A stretch of 64,000 nt of DNA from a virus. Made by a program: the position numbers and the translations under genes. The stretch lies in IMG/VR virus record IMGVR_UViG_3300017963_000201, positions 64,001-128,000 of that record; one strand, given 5' to 3'. Shown here piece by piece: positions 17,110 to 27,211 of this stretch. The notes below the pieces were generated by a model. It saw nothing but the letters and a program-made list of their open reading frames with translations. It was not told the DNA's origin and ran no database searches. The stretch's first letter is position 1. Each line of letters opens with the position of its first letter.

Positions 17110-17370
17110 GTGAAAATGATTAAGAATATCTTAGAAACTATATTTATCGTACTGAGCCTTGCTGCCGGGATAACGGGGTATGTTGGCTTCCTTATACTAG
17201 GTTTGTATTCTTTTTGGTGTACTTTAGAATATTTTAATAATCATGAAAGTATACTAGTTGGCATAATTGTCGGGGTATTCCCATTGGTACTAATATCTGC
17301 GCTAACCTTTATCTTTGGTCGATTATTTTTTGAATGGTGGCTCATAAAATATAGGAGGAGTCACCTATGA
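17110..17370 (+). CDS. Two-TM membrane protein
   Basis: Two hydrophobic stretches. Confidence 0.55.
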   Translation: MKMIKNILETIFIVLSLAAGITGYVGFLILGLYSFWCTLEYFNNHESILVGIIVGVFPLVLISALTFIFGRLFFEWWLIKYRRSHL

Positions 17371-17687
17371 TTGATTACGCTAAATTAAAAATGGATCTCG
17401 CCAAGGCTAAACAGAGAGCAAAAGACGCAGCAGATAAAGTGGAAGACACAGGGTCCTGCAACACGGATCACGTATTTATTCCTGTAGGATCGTGTAATAA
17501 GATCAAAAGAGGTAGCAAGAAATTATCAGAAATTTTCGGGGATGTCATTTTTCATAGTGGTTGGCACCATGGGTATTTTGCACCTATACCCACGTATGGC
17601 TTAGGATATAAAAATACTGTTGCTCAGGAAGCTGCAGCAAAGGCACTTCGAGAATATGGGGCATACGTATTTTACCAACTTGATTAA
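17367..17687 (+). CDS. Hypothetical phage protein
   Basis: AGGAGGAG RBS, ATGA overlap with upstream gene. Confidence 0.6.
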   Translation: MIDYAKLKMDLAKAKQRAKDAADKVEDTGSCNTDHVFIPVGSCNKIKRGSKKLSEIFGDVIFHSGWHHGYFAPIPTYGLGYKNTVAQEAAAKALREYGAYVFYQLD

Positions 17688-17892
17688 TGAAAAAAAGATT
17701 ATTAAAGGAATTAGAAAAACAAAGGTTTTGGAAAATAGCCAAGAAAGTAGGCTTTCTAAAACTAGACTATGAAGATCAGCATTTATTAATTTTCAAAATT
17801 TATCAGATTGCGGAAGAAATGAGTAGCAGGAAAATGGATACTACCCCAATGATCGGTGAGCTAGTATCTAAATACCTTATCGAGGACTAATT

Positions 17893-18213
17893 ATGGGATT
17901 TGGAGATCAAAAGTTAATAGAAGAACAAAAAAGATTAGCCAAAATAGAAAAAGCAGAAAAAGAACATAAGCCCGTATTATATAAAGTTGTGGGTGAGAGG
18001 CAAGTGTCGGTCAAGACAGAATTAACTATTAAAGCCAGATCGGAAGAGGAAGCTGAAGATTTGTTTTTCAAAGAAATTAAAAACTACGATTTAAATCAAT
18101 TTGATTATTGCCCTGGAAATGAGGACATCGAAATTGAATCGATTGAAGCTTTACAAGCCATAGAAGAACCAGATGATAAAACGCTAAATCTTTTTAATAC
18201 AAAATCCTCATGA
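17893..18213 (+). CDS. Hypothetical protein
   Basis: GAGGA RBS; IKARSEEEAEDL motif common in small phage proteins. Confidence 0.55.
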   Translation: MGFGDQKLIEEQKRLAKIEKAEKEHKPVLYKVVGERQVSVKTELTIKARSEEEAEDLFFKEIKNYDLNQFDYCPGNEDIEIESIEALQAIEEPDDKTLNLFNTKSS

Positions 18214-18794
18214 TATTTTTTACGGCTGATACGCACTTTAACCATACAAATATTTTAAAGTTATGTATGCGTCCTTATTACTGTATCAAGGAAATGAACG
18301 AGGATATAATTGAAAGGTGGAATACCACAGTAACAACAAATGATATTGTTTTTCATTTGGGTGACTTTAGCTTTTCAGACCCAAGACCCTTTTTAGCTCG
18401 ATTAAATGGGCAAATTATTATTATAAAAGGTAACCACGACAACAGATCTGTACGTAAAAAGTTTAATATATATTCACACCAAATGCGCATGAGGATTGGC
18501 AACTTTTTTTGTTTATTAAATCACCGACCCCTATACTCAGGGACTAATAAAGATCACCACGATCCAAAAGAAGAAATAGCTTATCCAGCAAGATACGATT
18601 TTATAATTTCCGGCCACGTTCACGAGAAATGGCTCTGGACGGGCCGATCTTTAAATGTAGGGGTTGATCAACACGAATTTACGCCTCTGAGTTACCCCCT
18701 TGTCCTAAACTTACTTTATGCTCGTAAAGAGCACCTTATGACTAAACATGCTACATCGTGGGATAAAATTAAACAAAAAAACTTAGACGAATAG
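18210..18794 (+). CDS. Calcineurin-like metallophosphoesterase
   Basis: DTHFNH, HLGDF, GNHD, H-P, GHVH, NVGVD. Confidence 0.92.
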   Translation: MIFFTADTHFNHTNILKLCMRPYYCIKEMNEDIIERWNTTVTTNDIVFHLGDFSFSDPRPFLARLNGQIIIIKGNHDNRSVRKKFNIYSHQMRMRIGNFFCLLNHRPLYSGTNKDHHDPKEEIAYPARYDFIISGHVHEKWLWTGRSLNVGVDQHEFTPLSYPLVLNLLYARKEHLMTKHATSWDKIKQKNLDE

Positions 18795-18939
18795 TTGGTT
18801 CATTCAACCAACTTACCTACCTAAACTAAGCAAACTTTACCTACTAAAATTTTCCAAAATTGCAAAATTTATATAGGATTTTCGTGTAGGTTTTATGCCT
18901 ACTTCTTTATAATTCGAATACTTATACGTAATACAATTG

Positions 18940-18955
18940 TGGCACGCTATTTGCT
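18940..18955 (+). promoter_or_regulatory. Sigma54 (-24/-12) promoter
   Basis: TGGCACG-CTAT-TTGCT, exact consensus and spacing, in an intergenic region. Confidence 0.65.
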
Positions 18956-19061
18956 AATTATATAAATTGTAATGGCTACCGGACTCAAAAAAATAGGGCT
19001 AGTGGTTATGGTCGCCCTGGCCATCTGCAAAACCGAGCCCGGTGGCTATCGAAAAAATACC

Positions 19062-19091
19062 TTGACAAACGTAACACGTTTGTGTTACGTT
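19062..19091 (+). promoter_or_regulatory. Sigma70 promoter with overlapping 10-bp inverted repeat (operator-like)
   Basis: TTGACA-N18-TACGTT; AACGTAACAC-GTTT-GTGTTACGTT spans the spacer and -10. Confidence 0.6.
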
Positions 19092-19113
19092 AGACGGTAG
19101 AAAGGGAATTTCC

Positions 19114-21099
19114 ATGAAAATCCATTACAGCGCACAACAAAAATTATACTATGCGGAAGCGACGAAGGAAGAGCGCTTCCCACTAAAAGAAGCGGGGTTC
19201 TGGTTCCACGGGCCAGAATACCGTTGCAGCTTCTCTGGGTGCAAATGCTGTGCCATCAAACTAGAGTGGGTTTGGTGGACCACCAAACCTGAAATCGCAG
19301 CCAGACTCCTGGAAGTCTGTGACGATGACGCAAAATGTGCCCTCACGGGGCACGTCGAGAGCGTGGAGGCTTCCCGAGCCTCCGACGCTGAGATAGATAT
19401 TCCCTGCCCCGAAAATCTCGCTTACCGCCCCTTCCAGCGGGCCGGTGTAGCCTACGCAGCCGAGCGTAGCGCTACAATGATCGCCGACGAAATGGGGCTT
19501 GGAAAAACAATACAAGCCCTGGGGATTGCCAACTATAAAAAAGCAAAAAACATCTTAATTGTTTGCCCCGCGTCTCTACGATTAAATTGGAAGCGGGAGG
19601 CCCAGAAATGGCTCGTAGAGCCACACACGATCCAAGTTGTCACCAAGCCATCGGACGACGTGAGCGCTGCTGATATCGTAATCATTAATTATGACCGCTG
19701 TAAAGGTCAGCACCTTGAAGCGCTGAAAGCCAGAGAGTGGGATCTTATAGTAGTGGACGAGGTTCACTATTGCAAAAACCCGAAAGCCCAGCGGACCAAG
19801 AATATCCTGGGCTATTGGGATCGCAAAAACCGTACAGCGGTCCCCGGCCTGGTAGACCGAGCGAAAATTAAACTTTTTCTCACGGGCACCCCGATCACAA
19901 ACCGCCCCATTGAGCTGCACCCACTGGCCGCAAAACTCGATCTCCGAGAGTTTGGAAATTTTATGCGCTTCGCCAAACGCTACTGTGACGCCCACGAGAC
20001 CAGATACGGATGGGACTTTTCGGGCGCGAGTCATCTAGACGAACTCCAAGCCAAACTTCGCGGAAGTTTTATGGTTCGCAGGCTAAAGAAAGACGTGCTC
20101 AAAGAGCTTCCGGCAAAAGTCAGACAGGTTGTCATTTTGAACCAAAATGGGTGCGCAAACGCGGTAAAAGCCGAACAAAAGGCATGGGCGCAAGCCGGGG
20201 GAGCGGACTTTGAAGCACTAAAAGCTAACGTGGAGCTTGCCGCTGCCAGTGAAGATCAAAATGCTTACAGGTCTGCAGTACATGCCCTTAATTCAGCAAT
20301 CCGGGTCGCTTTTGAAGATATGGCCGAAATTCGACATGAAACAGCAGAAAAGAAAACCCCAGCAGTGCTTGAACACTGCGATGACATACTTGAAAATGTC
20401 AGCAAGCTGGTGATTTTTGCACACCACAAAAAAGTAATTGCAGGGATCAAAGAGCATTATGGCGAAAAAGCAGTAGTCGTGGATGGATCAACTCCTAATG
20501 ATGCCCGGCAAGCAGCTGTAGACGCATTTCAAAACGATCCTAGCATTAAAGTTTTCATCGGATCGATCAAGGCTGCTGGTGTTGGCCTAACACTGACCGC
20601 AGCCTCCCACGTTGTTTTTGCCGAGCTGGATTGGACACCAGCAAACATGACGCAAGCGGAAGATCGTTGCCACCGGATCGGGCAAACCGATTCCGTCACT
20701 GTCCAGCACTTGGTTGTCAATGGCAGCCTTGACGCCAGGATGGCTGAAATCCTCGTGTGGAAACAGGAAATTATTGAAGCTGCGCTGGATAATCCTGAGA
20801 AGGCCATAGAGGTTCCTGAGCCCACCGAACTCCCCAAACCCAAATATCCCAAAGCGACTGATGAGCAGCGCAAGGCTTGCACCGATGCCCTCCGAATGCT
20901 TGCAGGACTGTGTGATGGGGCACTTAAAATAGATGGGCATGGATTCAATAAATGCGATAGTACAATTGGAAAAAGTTTAGCTTCGCGCTCTATGGATCGT
21001 GAGCTAACGGACGGCGAAGTGTTCTTGGCCAAACGAATCCTGCCAAAATACCACAGGCAGGTCGGTAGCGATCTCATTGAAAAGGTAAAAGCGGCATGA
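19114..21099 (+). CDS. SNF2/SMARCAL1-like SF2 helicase
   Basis: IADEMGLGKT, VCPAS, DEVH, LTGTP, RRLK, FAHH, GVGLTL, QAEDRCHRIGQ. Confidence 0.93.
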   Translation: MKIHYSAQQKLYYAEATKEERFPLKEAGFWFHGPEYRCSFSGCKCCAIKLEWVWWTTKPEIAARLLEVCDDDAKCALTGHVESVEASRASDAEIDIPCPENLAYRPFQRAGVAYAAERSATMIADEMGLGKTIQALGIANYKKAKNILIVCPASLRLNWKREAQKWLVEPHTIQVVTKPSDDVSAADIVIINYDRCKGQHLEALKAREWDLIVVDEVHYCKNPKAQRTKNILGYWDRKNRTAVPGLVDRAKIKLFLTGTPITNRPIELHPLAAKLDLREFGNFMRFAKRYCDAHETRYGWDFSGASHLDELQAKLRGSFMVRRLKKDVLKELPAKVRQVVILNQNGCANAVKAEQKAWAQAGGADFEALKANVELAAASEDQNAYRSAVHALNSAIRVAFEDMAEIRHETAEKKTPAVLEHCDDILENVSKLVIFAHHKKVIAGIKEHYGEKAVVVDGSTPNDARQAAVDAFQNDPSIKVFIGSIKAAGVGLTLTAASHVVFAELDWTPANMTQAEDRCHRIGQTDSVTVQHLVVNGSLDARMAEILVWKQEIIEAALDNPEKAIEVPEPTELPKPKYPKATDEQRKACTDALRMLAGLCDGALKIDGHGFNKCDSTIGKSLASRSMDRELTDGEVFLAKRILPKYHRQVGSDLIEKVKAA

Positions 21100-21847
21100 G
21101 TCACTACATATGGTCATGCGGGCATAAGACTGCTAAGTCTTACAAAACCTATCCGATGTGCCCTGTTTGCGCAGTAGAGCAAGGCAAATATGCGGCTATG
21201 ATTGCTCAGATTGAGGCGATAAGAGATCAAGAGAATGAGCGAAACAGAAGAGAAGGGATTGCTTGGTCCAAAATTTTCAACCGGCAAGGTTGCCCTTACT
21301 GTGGGGGAATCACATGAAAGCTCAAGTTACTTTTCACTTTGACATGGAAGACATTATATCGATATGTATTCATTGCTATCGGTACACCGGAGTTAGCTTA
21401 ATCAAAAGTAAAAAACATATACTTAAAACAGTCCGTAACCATTTTGAAAACTACGGCTACTGTTTGCTACAGACGGAAGTACCGTCTTGGGATAAACGCC
21501 TAGATCTAACTATGGAAGAAAAATTGTTCGCAGCATGGTGCAAAGAACAAAAGTGGGGAAACTAGGCCATGTCTAGATTCCATTGTTATCACGATTGGGC
21601 TAGCGAGCCCGCTTTGCTTACTCATACAAAAAATGGCTATTGAATACGAGAAAAATAATGCAAGATAAAAACCAAATACAAGTACGTGCTTGCCAATGTA
21701 TCCGTTGTGGGCATCTTTGGGTTGCGAGAGTTATACTATCAAGCAATACAACCAACCTATCAGGGGAAGCTACAAAGTGGTGCCCTTCTTGCGGATCAAA
21801 AGCGGGATACTGTGGCCCAATACAGATATTAAAATTTGAGGAAAACC

Positions 21848-22003
21848 ATGAAAACAATCTGCGCACAATGCGGAAAAATACTTACTGATGAGTTTGGGAA
21901 TCGTTTACATTCTGCTAATTTTGATTCAGAAATACCACACCCAACTAAGTACTTTACGTATGCATGGTGTAATATATGTGCAGCAAAACGCAAAAAATGG
22001 TGA
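21848..22003 (+). CDS. Small zinc-finger protein (51 aa, not in ORF track)
   Basis: GAGG RBS; MKTICAQCGK...WCNICAAKRKKW. Confidence 0.5.
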   Translation: MKTICAQCGKILTDEFGNRLHSANFDSEIPHPTKYFTYAWCNICAAKRKKW

Positions 22004-22232
22004 AAAGAAACGGTATGTACGTATATATTTTAGAGATCACAACAGAAAAGCTAAATGGTATTGGGCTATAAAGATTAAGAATAAAAAATATATAAGATGC
22101 AAAAAAGATGGTGATGATTTTTCTTACATGAGAAAATGTGGTACTGAAATAGAGAAATTGTATATTATGTTTGGAGAGCCGGAAAAAGAGATCCCGTTTA
22201 GGGTATATAGAATATTTTAAACGAGGTAGGAG

Positions 22233-22922
22233 ATGTGGAGTTACTACGGTAGCAAAAAAAAAAAGATTGCAAAACTTTACCCTTTTCCCAAATACGAATT
22301 AATTATAGAACCGTTTGCAGGTGCAGCTTGGTATAGTGTTTTGCACCGAGATAAAAATATATTGCTTAACGAAAAGTATATTGTAATATATAATATTTGG
22401 AATTGGTTAATAAACAGAGCAAGTTCTAAATTGATTTTGGAAAATGCAGACTTCTATAACGGCCAAGATATTAGCTAAATTGATTTGGAAAAACCGCATA
22501 AAGACTTGATAGGTTTTTGTATCAATAGAGGTAGCATAGCACCTAAAAATATTGTTCAAAAATGGAGTTGCCAAGTAGCATCTAAGCCCAATTGGGCAAG
22601 CACAACTAACTTTTTTTTAAAGAGAGTAGCAAAACTATTGCCTTAAATTAAGCACTGGAAAACACAATTTGGCGATTACAAAAAACTACCTAATGTTAAG
22701 GCAACTTGGTTCATTGACCCGCCTTATCAGTTTGGGGGCGAACACTACGCAATCAATGATATTAACTATCATGAACTTAGTGACTGGTGCAAAACACGAA
22801 AGGGGCAAGTAATTGTCTGTGAAAATAATAAGTCTGATTGGCTGCCATTTGTAGCTTTAACAGGAATTACAGGACAGCGTTGTAACACAACAGAATCGGT
22901 TTGGATAAATGAAAATCTATAA
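22233..22922 (+). pseudogene. Dam-like DNA adenine methyltransferase with two in-frame TAA stops
   Basis: YYGSK, IEPFAGAA, WFIDPPY all in one frame; TAA at 22476-22478 and 22644-22646. Confidence 0.85.
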
Positions 22923-23207
22923 GATTTAGTTATGAAACAGGGAATGCGTCAAATATACAATGGGTTTACTCGAGGTACTGGTGGATTAAAGTGCTATTGT
23001 TGCGGTGCCCGCTATAGAGCTATGAAAGCTATAAGAGCAAAAAACAAAATAAAAAATAAGCAAATTACCCGCGAAGCAAACTCTAATGGGTTACACACCC
23101 GATAACCACTCTTTGTATTGGGTTTATGGGTGTGGTGATAAGAATAGGGCTTTTACTGAGCTAGATCCCTACCTAAGTTTCATAAGATAACTGGTATTAT
23201 ACACTTT

Positions 23208-23639
23208 ATGAAATCTATTACAAGCTTCCGTGGTGAATACGCTTTTCTAAGTAATTTCTATCCAGCATCAGTCCCCTTTCGGGGTATCATCTTCCCTACC
23301 GCCGAGCATGCTTATCAAGCGCAAAAGTCAAAAAGCCTAGAAGACCAAAAAAGGATAGCACAAGTCAAAACTCCCGGAGAAGCTAAAAGACTAGGTAGAT
23401 TTCTTAATCTTTATTCCGGATGGGATCAGATACGTATCCCCATCATGTTTGCAATTATTTACCGCAAATTTACTCACAACAAATATTTAGGTAAAAAGTT
23501 AGTAGCGACTAACCCAAAGATACTTATTGAAGAGAATACCTGGGGCGATAAATACTGGGGAAAAGTAAACGGAGATGGGCTTAATCTATTAGGATCACAG
23601 CTAATGCAGGTACGTTGGCTTCTCATAGAAAAAGGTTGA
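23208..23639 (+). CDS. NADAR family protein
   Basis: FLSNFY, TAEHAYQAQK, EAKRLGR, KF, LIEENTWGDKYWG, NLLGSQLMQVR. Confidence 0.92.
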   Translation: MKSITSFRGEYAFLSNFYPASVPFRGIIFPTAEHAYQAQKSKSLEDQKRIAQVKTPGEAKRLGRFLNLYSGWDQIRIPIMFAIIYRKFTHNKYLGKKLVATNPKILIEENTWGDKYWGKVNGDGLNLLGSQLMQVRWLLIEKG

Positions 23640-24041
23640 CACACTCAAGTACTATTATTAATATAGGTACTAGAGAGTCGATTCAGCTTGGTATCCTGGT
23701 TCGATGTCTAAGTTGGCAGACTCTCTTGCTCCTAAGCTAAATGCTTAGGAGTTTTTATTTGACAGGATTAGCCTAATACAGTATATTACCTTTTGGGTGT
23801 TAGAAGTGGCCTTGGATTGATGATCGCTCCCGGAATTATCCGGGAGCACTTTTTTATTGACACGTATTACTATTTTGATAAGTTAGCTAACGAACGTGAT
23901 CTCCGGAATAACCCCCTTCAATTACCGCTACGATTGAAGGGGGGTTTTCCTTGACACTGTGAATTAATTAAGATATAAGAAAAATACTGCGTATCCGTCT
24001 GGCCCCTCAGACTTTGGCAAGAGTTTGGGGGGTACTTTTTT
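23636..24041 (+). ncRNA. Four tandem promoter-small RNA-terminator units
   Basis: TTGACA at 23636, 23759, 23857, 23951, each with a -10-like hexamer 16-17 nt later and ending in a GC hairpin plus T run. Confidence 0.72.
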
Positions 24042-24912
24042 AATCACTTCTAGCAGAAGAAAAGAATCTGGACCAGAATCCTGCAGGTAGTGCGGAGTAG
24101 ATTCTCCCGGCCCCCATATAGCCCCCAGGGCCAACCTGATGCAAAACAGTACCCTTGGTCCTATATTGTTGTTTGAAGCCCACAGAAGCCTTTGTAAAGC
24201 GGTTCAGGATGGCGCTAATCATCCCAGACAACTTTCCGTAGTGATCAATGACTAGACTATTCCCACCCAAAGCATAATTGAAATCAGTATCGATAGAAAA
24301 GATTCCCTGAGATTCCAAAGCTGCTATAGTAGCAGCATCGATTAAAATTGTACCGTATTGAGCAAATGGGTAGTTGTCTACGGTCAAACTCGTATAAGGT
24401 GGAATTGCATTTATGAATTGAACACCGCGATCTAGGTAAAAGATTAAATGTTTATCATCATATCCATAGAAAAGCTGAATGTCGGGGTCGGTAGAAGCCC
24501 GATCCATGTTTTCGATATAATCACTGATTGACTTTCTTGCCTTATCTACTTGGACTCTGAGTTGAGCCGCGTATGCATAATACTTGGTAGAAACGGATTT
24601 TACAAAAACGTTATTACTGACAGTGACGTTTTCTAATATGCATCTCGTAGCCAGTAAATACTCTTCGTTATAGGTAGAAGCATCAAAGGAATATTGATAT
24701 ATCCCTGTACCCGCGTGAGTAATACTAGTCCCGCCAGATGCCGTAAATGATCCTGAATCTTCCGATGAATCATCTGATATGTTAATCAAATTAAAAGAAC
24801 TAGTGCCTGCTACATCTGTTAGGGAGTTTGTCAACGTATCCCGAACATAGAAAGTAATGGGCTCGGTTTGGTTAGCCAACACTACATGAAAATCGGTAAA
24901 TGATTGGCTCAT
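24040..24912 (-). CDS. Putative head-tail adaptor / neck protein
   Basis: Downstream of capsid genes; Ig-like N-terminus (HAGTGIYQYSF) and helical C-terminus. Confidence 0.5.
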   Translation of the reverse strand: MSQSFTDFHVVLANQTEPITFYVRDTLTNSLTDVAGTSSFNLINISDDSSEDSGSFTASGGTSITHAGTGIYQYSFDASTYNEEYLLATRCILENVTVSNNVFVKSVSTKYYAYAAQLRVQVDKARKSISDYIENMDRASTDPDIQLFYGYDDKHLIFYLDRGVQFINAIPPYTSLTVDNYPFAQYGTILIDAATIAALESQGIFSIDTDFNYALGGNSLVIDHYGKLSGMISAILNRFTKASVGFKQQYRTKGTVLHQVGPGGYMGAGRIYSALPAGFWSRFFSSARSD

Positions 24913-25166
24913 GCTGTCCTCTGGGCAAAGAGTAATTTCTTTAGCTTTCTTATAGCATCGTCAAAGATAGCACAATCGGAATTTACATACTGATATTGTA
25001 AGCTCTGAATTCTAGGCTCATCCTTAAAAGAAAACTTATAGCTAGTCCCTAGCCTTCTAGCGTCAATAAGTTTGATTCGATGCATAAGCAGGTAAGCTGC
25101 TAAAGGTAGGTCGTTTGTAACAAAGACCTTTACAGAGACAACCTTTTCTTTATCTTGCTCATTCAC
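24909..25166 (-). CDS. DUF5659-like small protein
   Basis: FVTNDLPLAAYLL...YKFSF pattern. Confidence 0.55.
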   Translation of the reverse strand: MNEQDKEKVVSVKVFVTNDLPLAAYLLMHRIKLIDARRLGTSYKFSFKDEPRIQSLQYQYVNSDCAIFDDAIRKLKKLLFAQRTA

Positions 25167-25364
25167 TATTGTTTAGCATATCCATGATACTTTGAAATTG
25201 ATCTTCCGTGGCCGCGTCAGCAATAGACTCAAAGATAATATCTGGATGTAGATCAAATAACCTGTCTAGCATAGTATATTGTTGGTTAGCATCAAATTGA
25301 TCTAAGAACAGATCAATAACTGCCATACGTTCTTGCTTGGTTAAATCGTATAGATATTTTGGCA

Positions 25365-25567
25365 TTAATAACTCCAATCAAAGTCAGGCATCCTATCACC
25401 ATATATCTCGTAATAATCTGTCAGATAAATGGGTATATAGGAATGTCCATTTCCTCAATCGATTCTAAAGTATCCCTAACATGCTCTGGCAATATATCTA
25501 GGGCTTTGTCTAACGATATAGTAATACTTACACTATCTTTTTGGGCAAATCTTGAGCGCATCATCAT
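25365..25567 (-). pseudogene. Frameshifted AQ-tagged small protein
   Basis: MMMRSRFAQKDS...DIPI, then 2 surplus nt in a TATATA run (~25434-25439); continues PIYLTDYYEIYG...SY-TAA overlapping the next ATG. Confidence 0.5.
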
Positions 25568-25571
25568 AACC

Positions 25572-26276
25572 TCAAAAGCTAATATTCCAAACATCCATTA
25601 CATAGCTAACATTACCAAAATCGTCCTGGACAATTAGGAATGGTTCATTGTCAACTTCTAACACTTGGAAGTCTTCCCCAGGAAATGCTGCGTGCTTTAC
25701 CCAGTCTCCTGGTTGTATATCAATTGGGAACTTTCTGCCTGTAATCTTTTTCTCAAGCATGTATGCTTGATGGTTCATCCTAGAAGCAATAGTCCTAAGC
25801 TCTTTACCTTGTGAAGTCTTGGATAGGATGTATTCGCTATATAGCTTAGATCCAAAGTCAGGCATACGGGCATTGAGATAAATCATAGCCTGATCTTCTT
25901 CGTCAAATACCGCAGCATGCTCCATCAAGCTTATGAAATTTTGAGGAGTAATACCCAAAGACATATACCAATGTTTTGGGTAAGGATCTTTAATATGGTT
26001 TTCCACAACCTGAGCAATGAAATCCTTGAAGCTCTTTTTCGCTGCAGTCTTCAACAAACGGTTGGCACCACGAAACAGACCGAATAGAAATAGATGCAAA
26101 CTCTCGGTCCAGTCTTCCGGGTTTTGAATCTCTGCATTCTTAGCAAACTCTAAAACCTTATCGTAATCCCCTTCCATTTCTTGCCAAAATACAGCCCATT
26201 CGGGTCGGTGCTCTTCCGCAAACTGGTACACACCTTGAGGCTTTGGATCTAGCCAGGGTCTTTGTGCAAAGGGCAT
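25572..26276 (-). CDS. Hypothetical virion-associated protein, SH3-like C-terminus
   Basis: AAGGAG RBS; IQPGDWVKH...FQVLEVD. Confidence 0.55.
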   Translation of the reverse strand: MPFAQRPWLDPKPQGVYQFAEEHRPEWAVFWQEMEGDYDKVLEFAKNAEIQNPEDWTESLHLFLFGLFRGANRLLKTAAKKSFKDFIAQVVENHIKDPYPKHWYMSLGITPQNFISLMEHAAVFDEEDQAMIYLNARMPDFGSKLYSEYILSKTSQGKELRTIASRMNHQAYMLEKKITGRKFPIDIQPGDWVKHAAFPGEDFQVLEVDNEPFLIVQDDFGNVSYVMDVWNISF

Positions 26277-26765
26277 ATTAGTACTCCTTAATACATCATA
26301 CGAGTTCCAGGCTCATATACTTCTCTAAAATACTCTAAGGCCAGAGTCTTAGCATCTGACTTACTTCTAGCTTCTTCACGCGCAAGCTCTAACGCTTCCT
26401 GCCAGGTATTATAGTCTACTCTAATACCGCGTTCAGCTTTGAATTCCTCAATCGCTTGATCTACACCTTTATCGATCATGGGACCTTTGGCCGTGTAGTG
26501 CATGGCAAGACCTTTCCTATAGTAAACTCCTAGTGCTTAGGACAGCACTATCCAAAGTTTCTGTCGATACAATACCGTAAACCGCTGCGAATTTTACTTC
26601 TGTATCGTCTTTATCTACGTATAAAGCATCTATATCGGAAGCTATTTCTACCAATCTATCTTTTTTCATACCCCGAAGCAAGCCCATCTAATAGGAACTC
26701 TAGATCCTCCTTGCACCATTGACCCCAATCCTCCTCTTCCATAAAAGGTAGGGAATAATCTTTAC

Positions 26766-27197
26766 TTACTCCTCTTGGTTAGCGCGTACAAACGTACAAT
26801 TGTTATAGCCTTTGAAAATAGCCATGACTTCAAAAGATCGATTCCCTGAACTATTATTGGTAATAGTAATTTGTACAGGTAAACCTATATACACATTTCG
26901 ATTTGGATCAAAATATTTTGGTATCGTATCTACTCCAACATTAGCAGGGAACCAAACATTAGGATAGTTCATATGCGCTACGACTCTAGCAGCACCGTCA
27001 GGGTAATTATGGCTCTCAGATAATTCCCCATTGAAATAAACATCCACTTGGTAAGTAACAATAGCTTCCAAAGGTCGAACAATTAAAGTCAAATCTGTAA
27101 ATGGTGTATTGCTTCTTACGGGTATTACTGAAGCCGTACCAGATGCACTCGTAGTAACAGTACTGACAACCTGATTGACAATAGGATAGTTCATCAA
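26766..27197 (-). CDS. Putative virion structural protein (beta-rich)
   Basis: Thr/Val/Asn-rich, within head module. Confidence 0.5.
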   Translation of the reverse strand: MMNYPIVNQVVSTVTTSASGTASVIPVRSNTPFTDLTLIVRPLEAIVTYQVDVYFNGELSESHNYPDGAARVVAHMNYPNVWFPANVGVDTIPKYFDPNRNVYIGLPVQITITNNSSGNRSFEVMAIFKGYNNCTFVRANQEE

Positions 27198-27211
27198 AAC
27201 CTCACAAAATG

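Noticed and set aside
23910-23946. ATTGAAG as a CRISPR-repeat mimic
   Set aside because: It is one arm of a terminator hairpin, and similarity is limited to 7 nt
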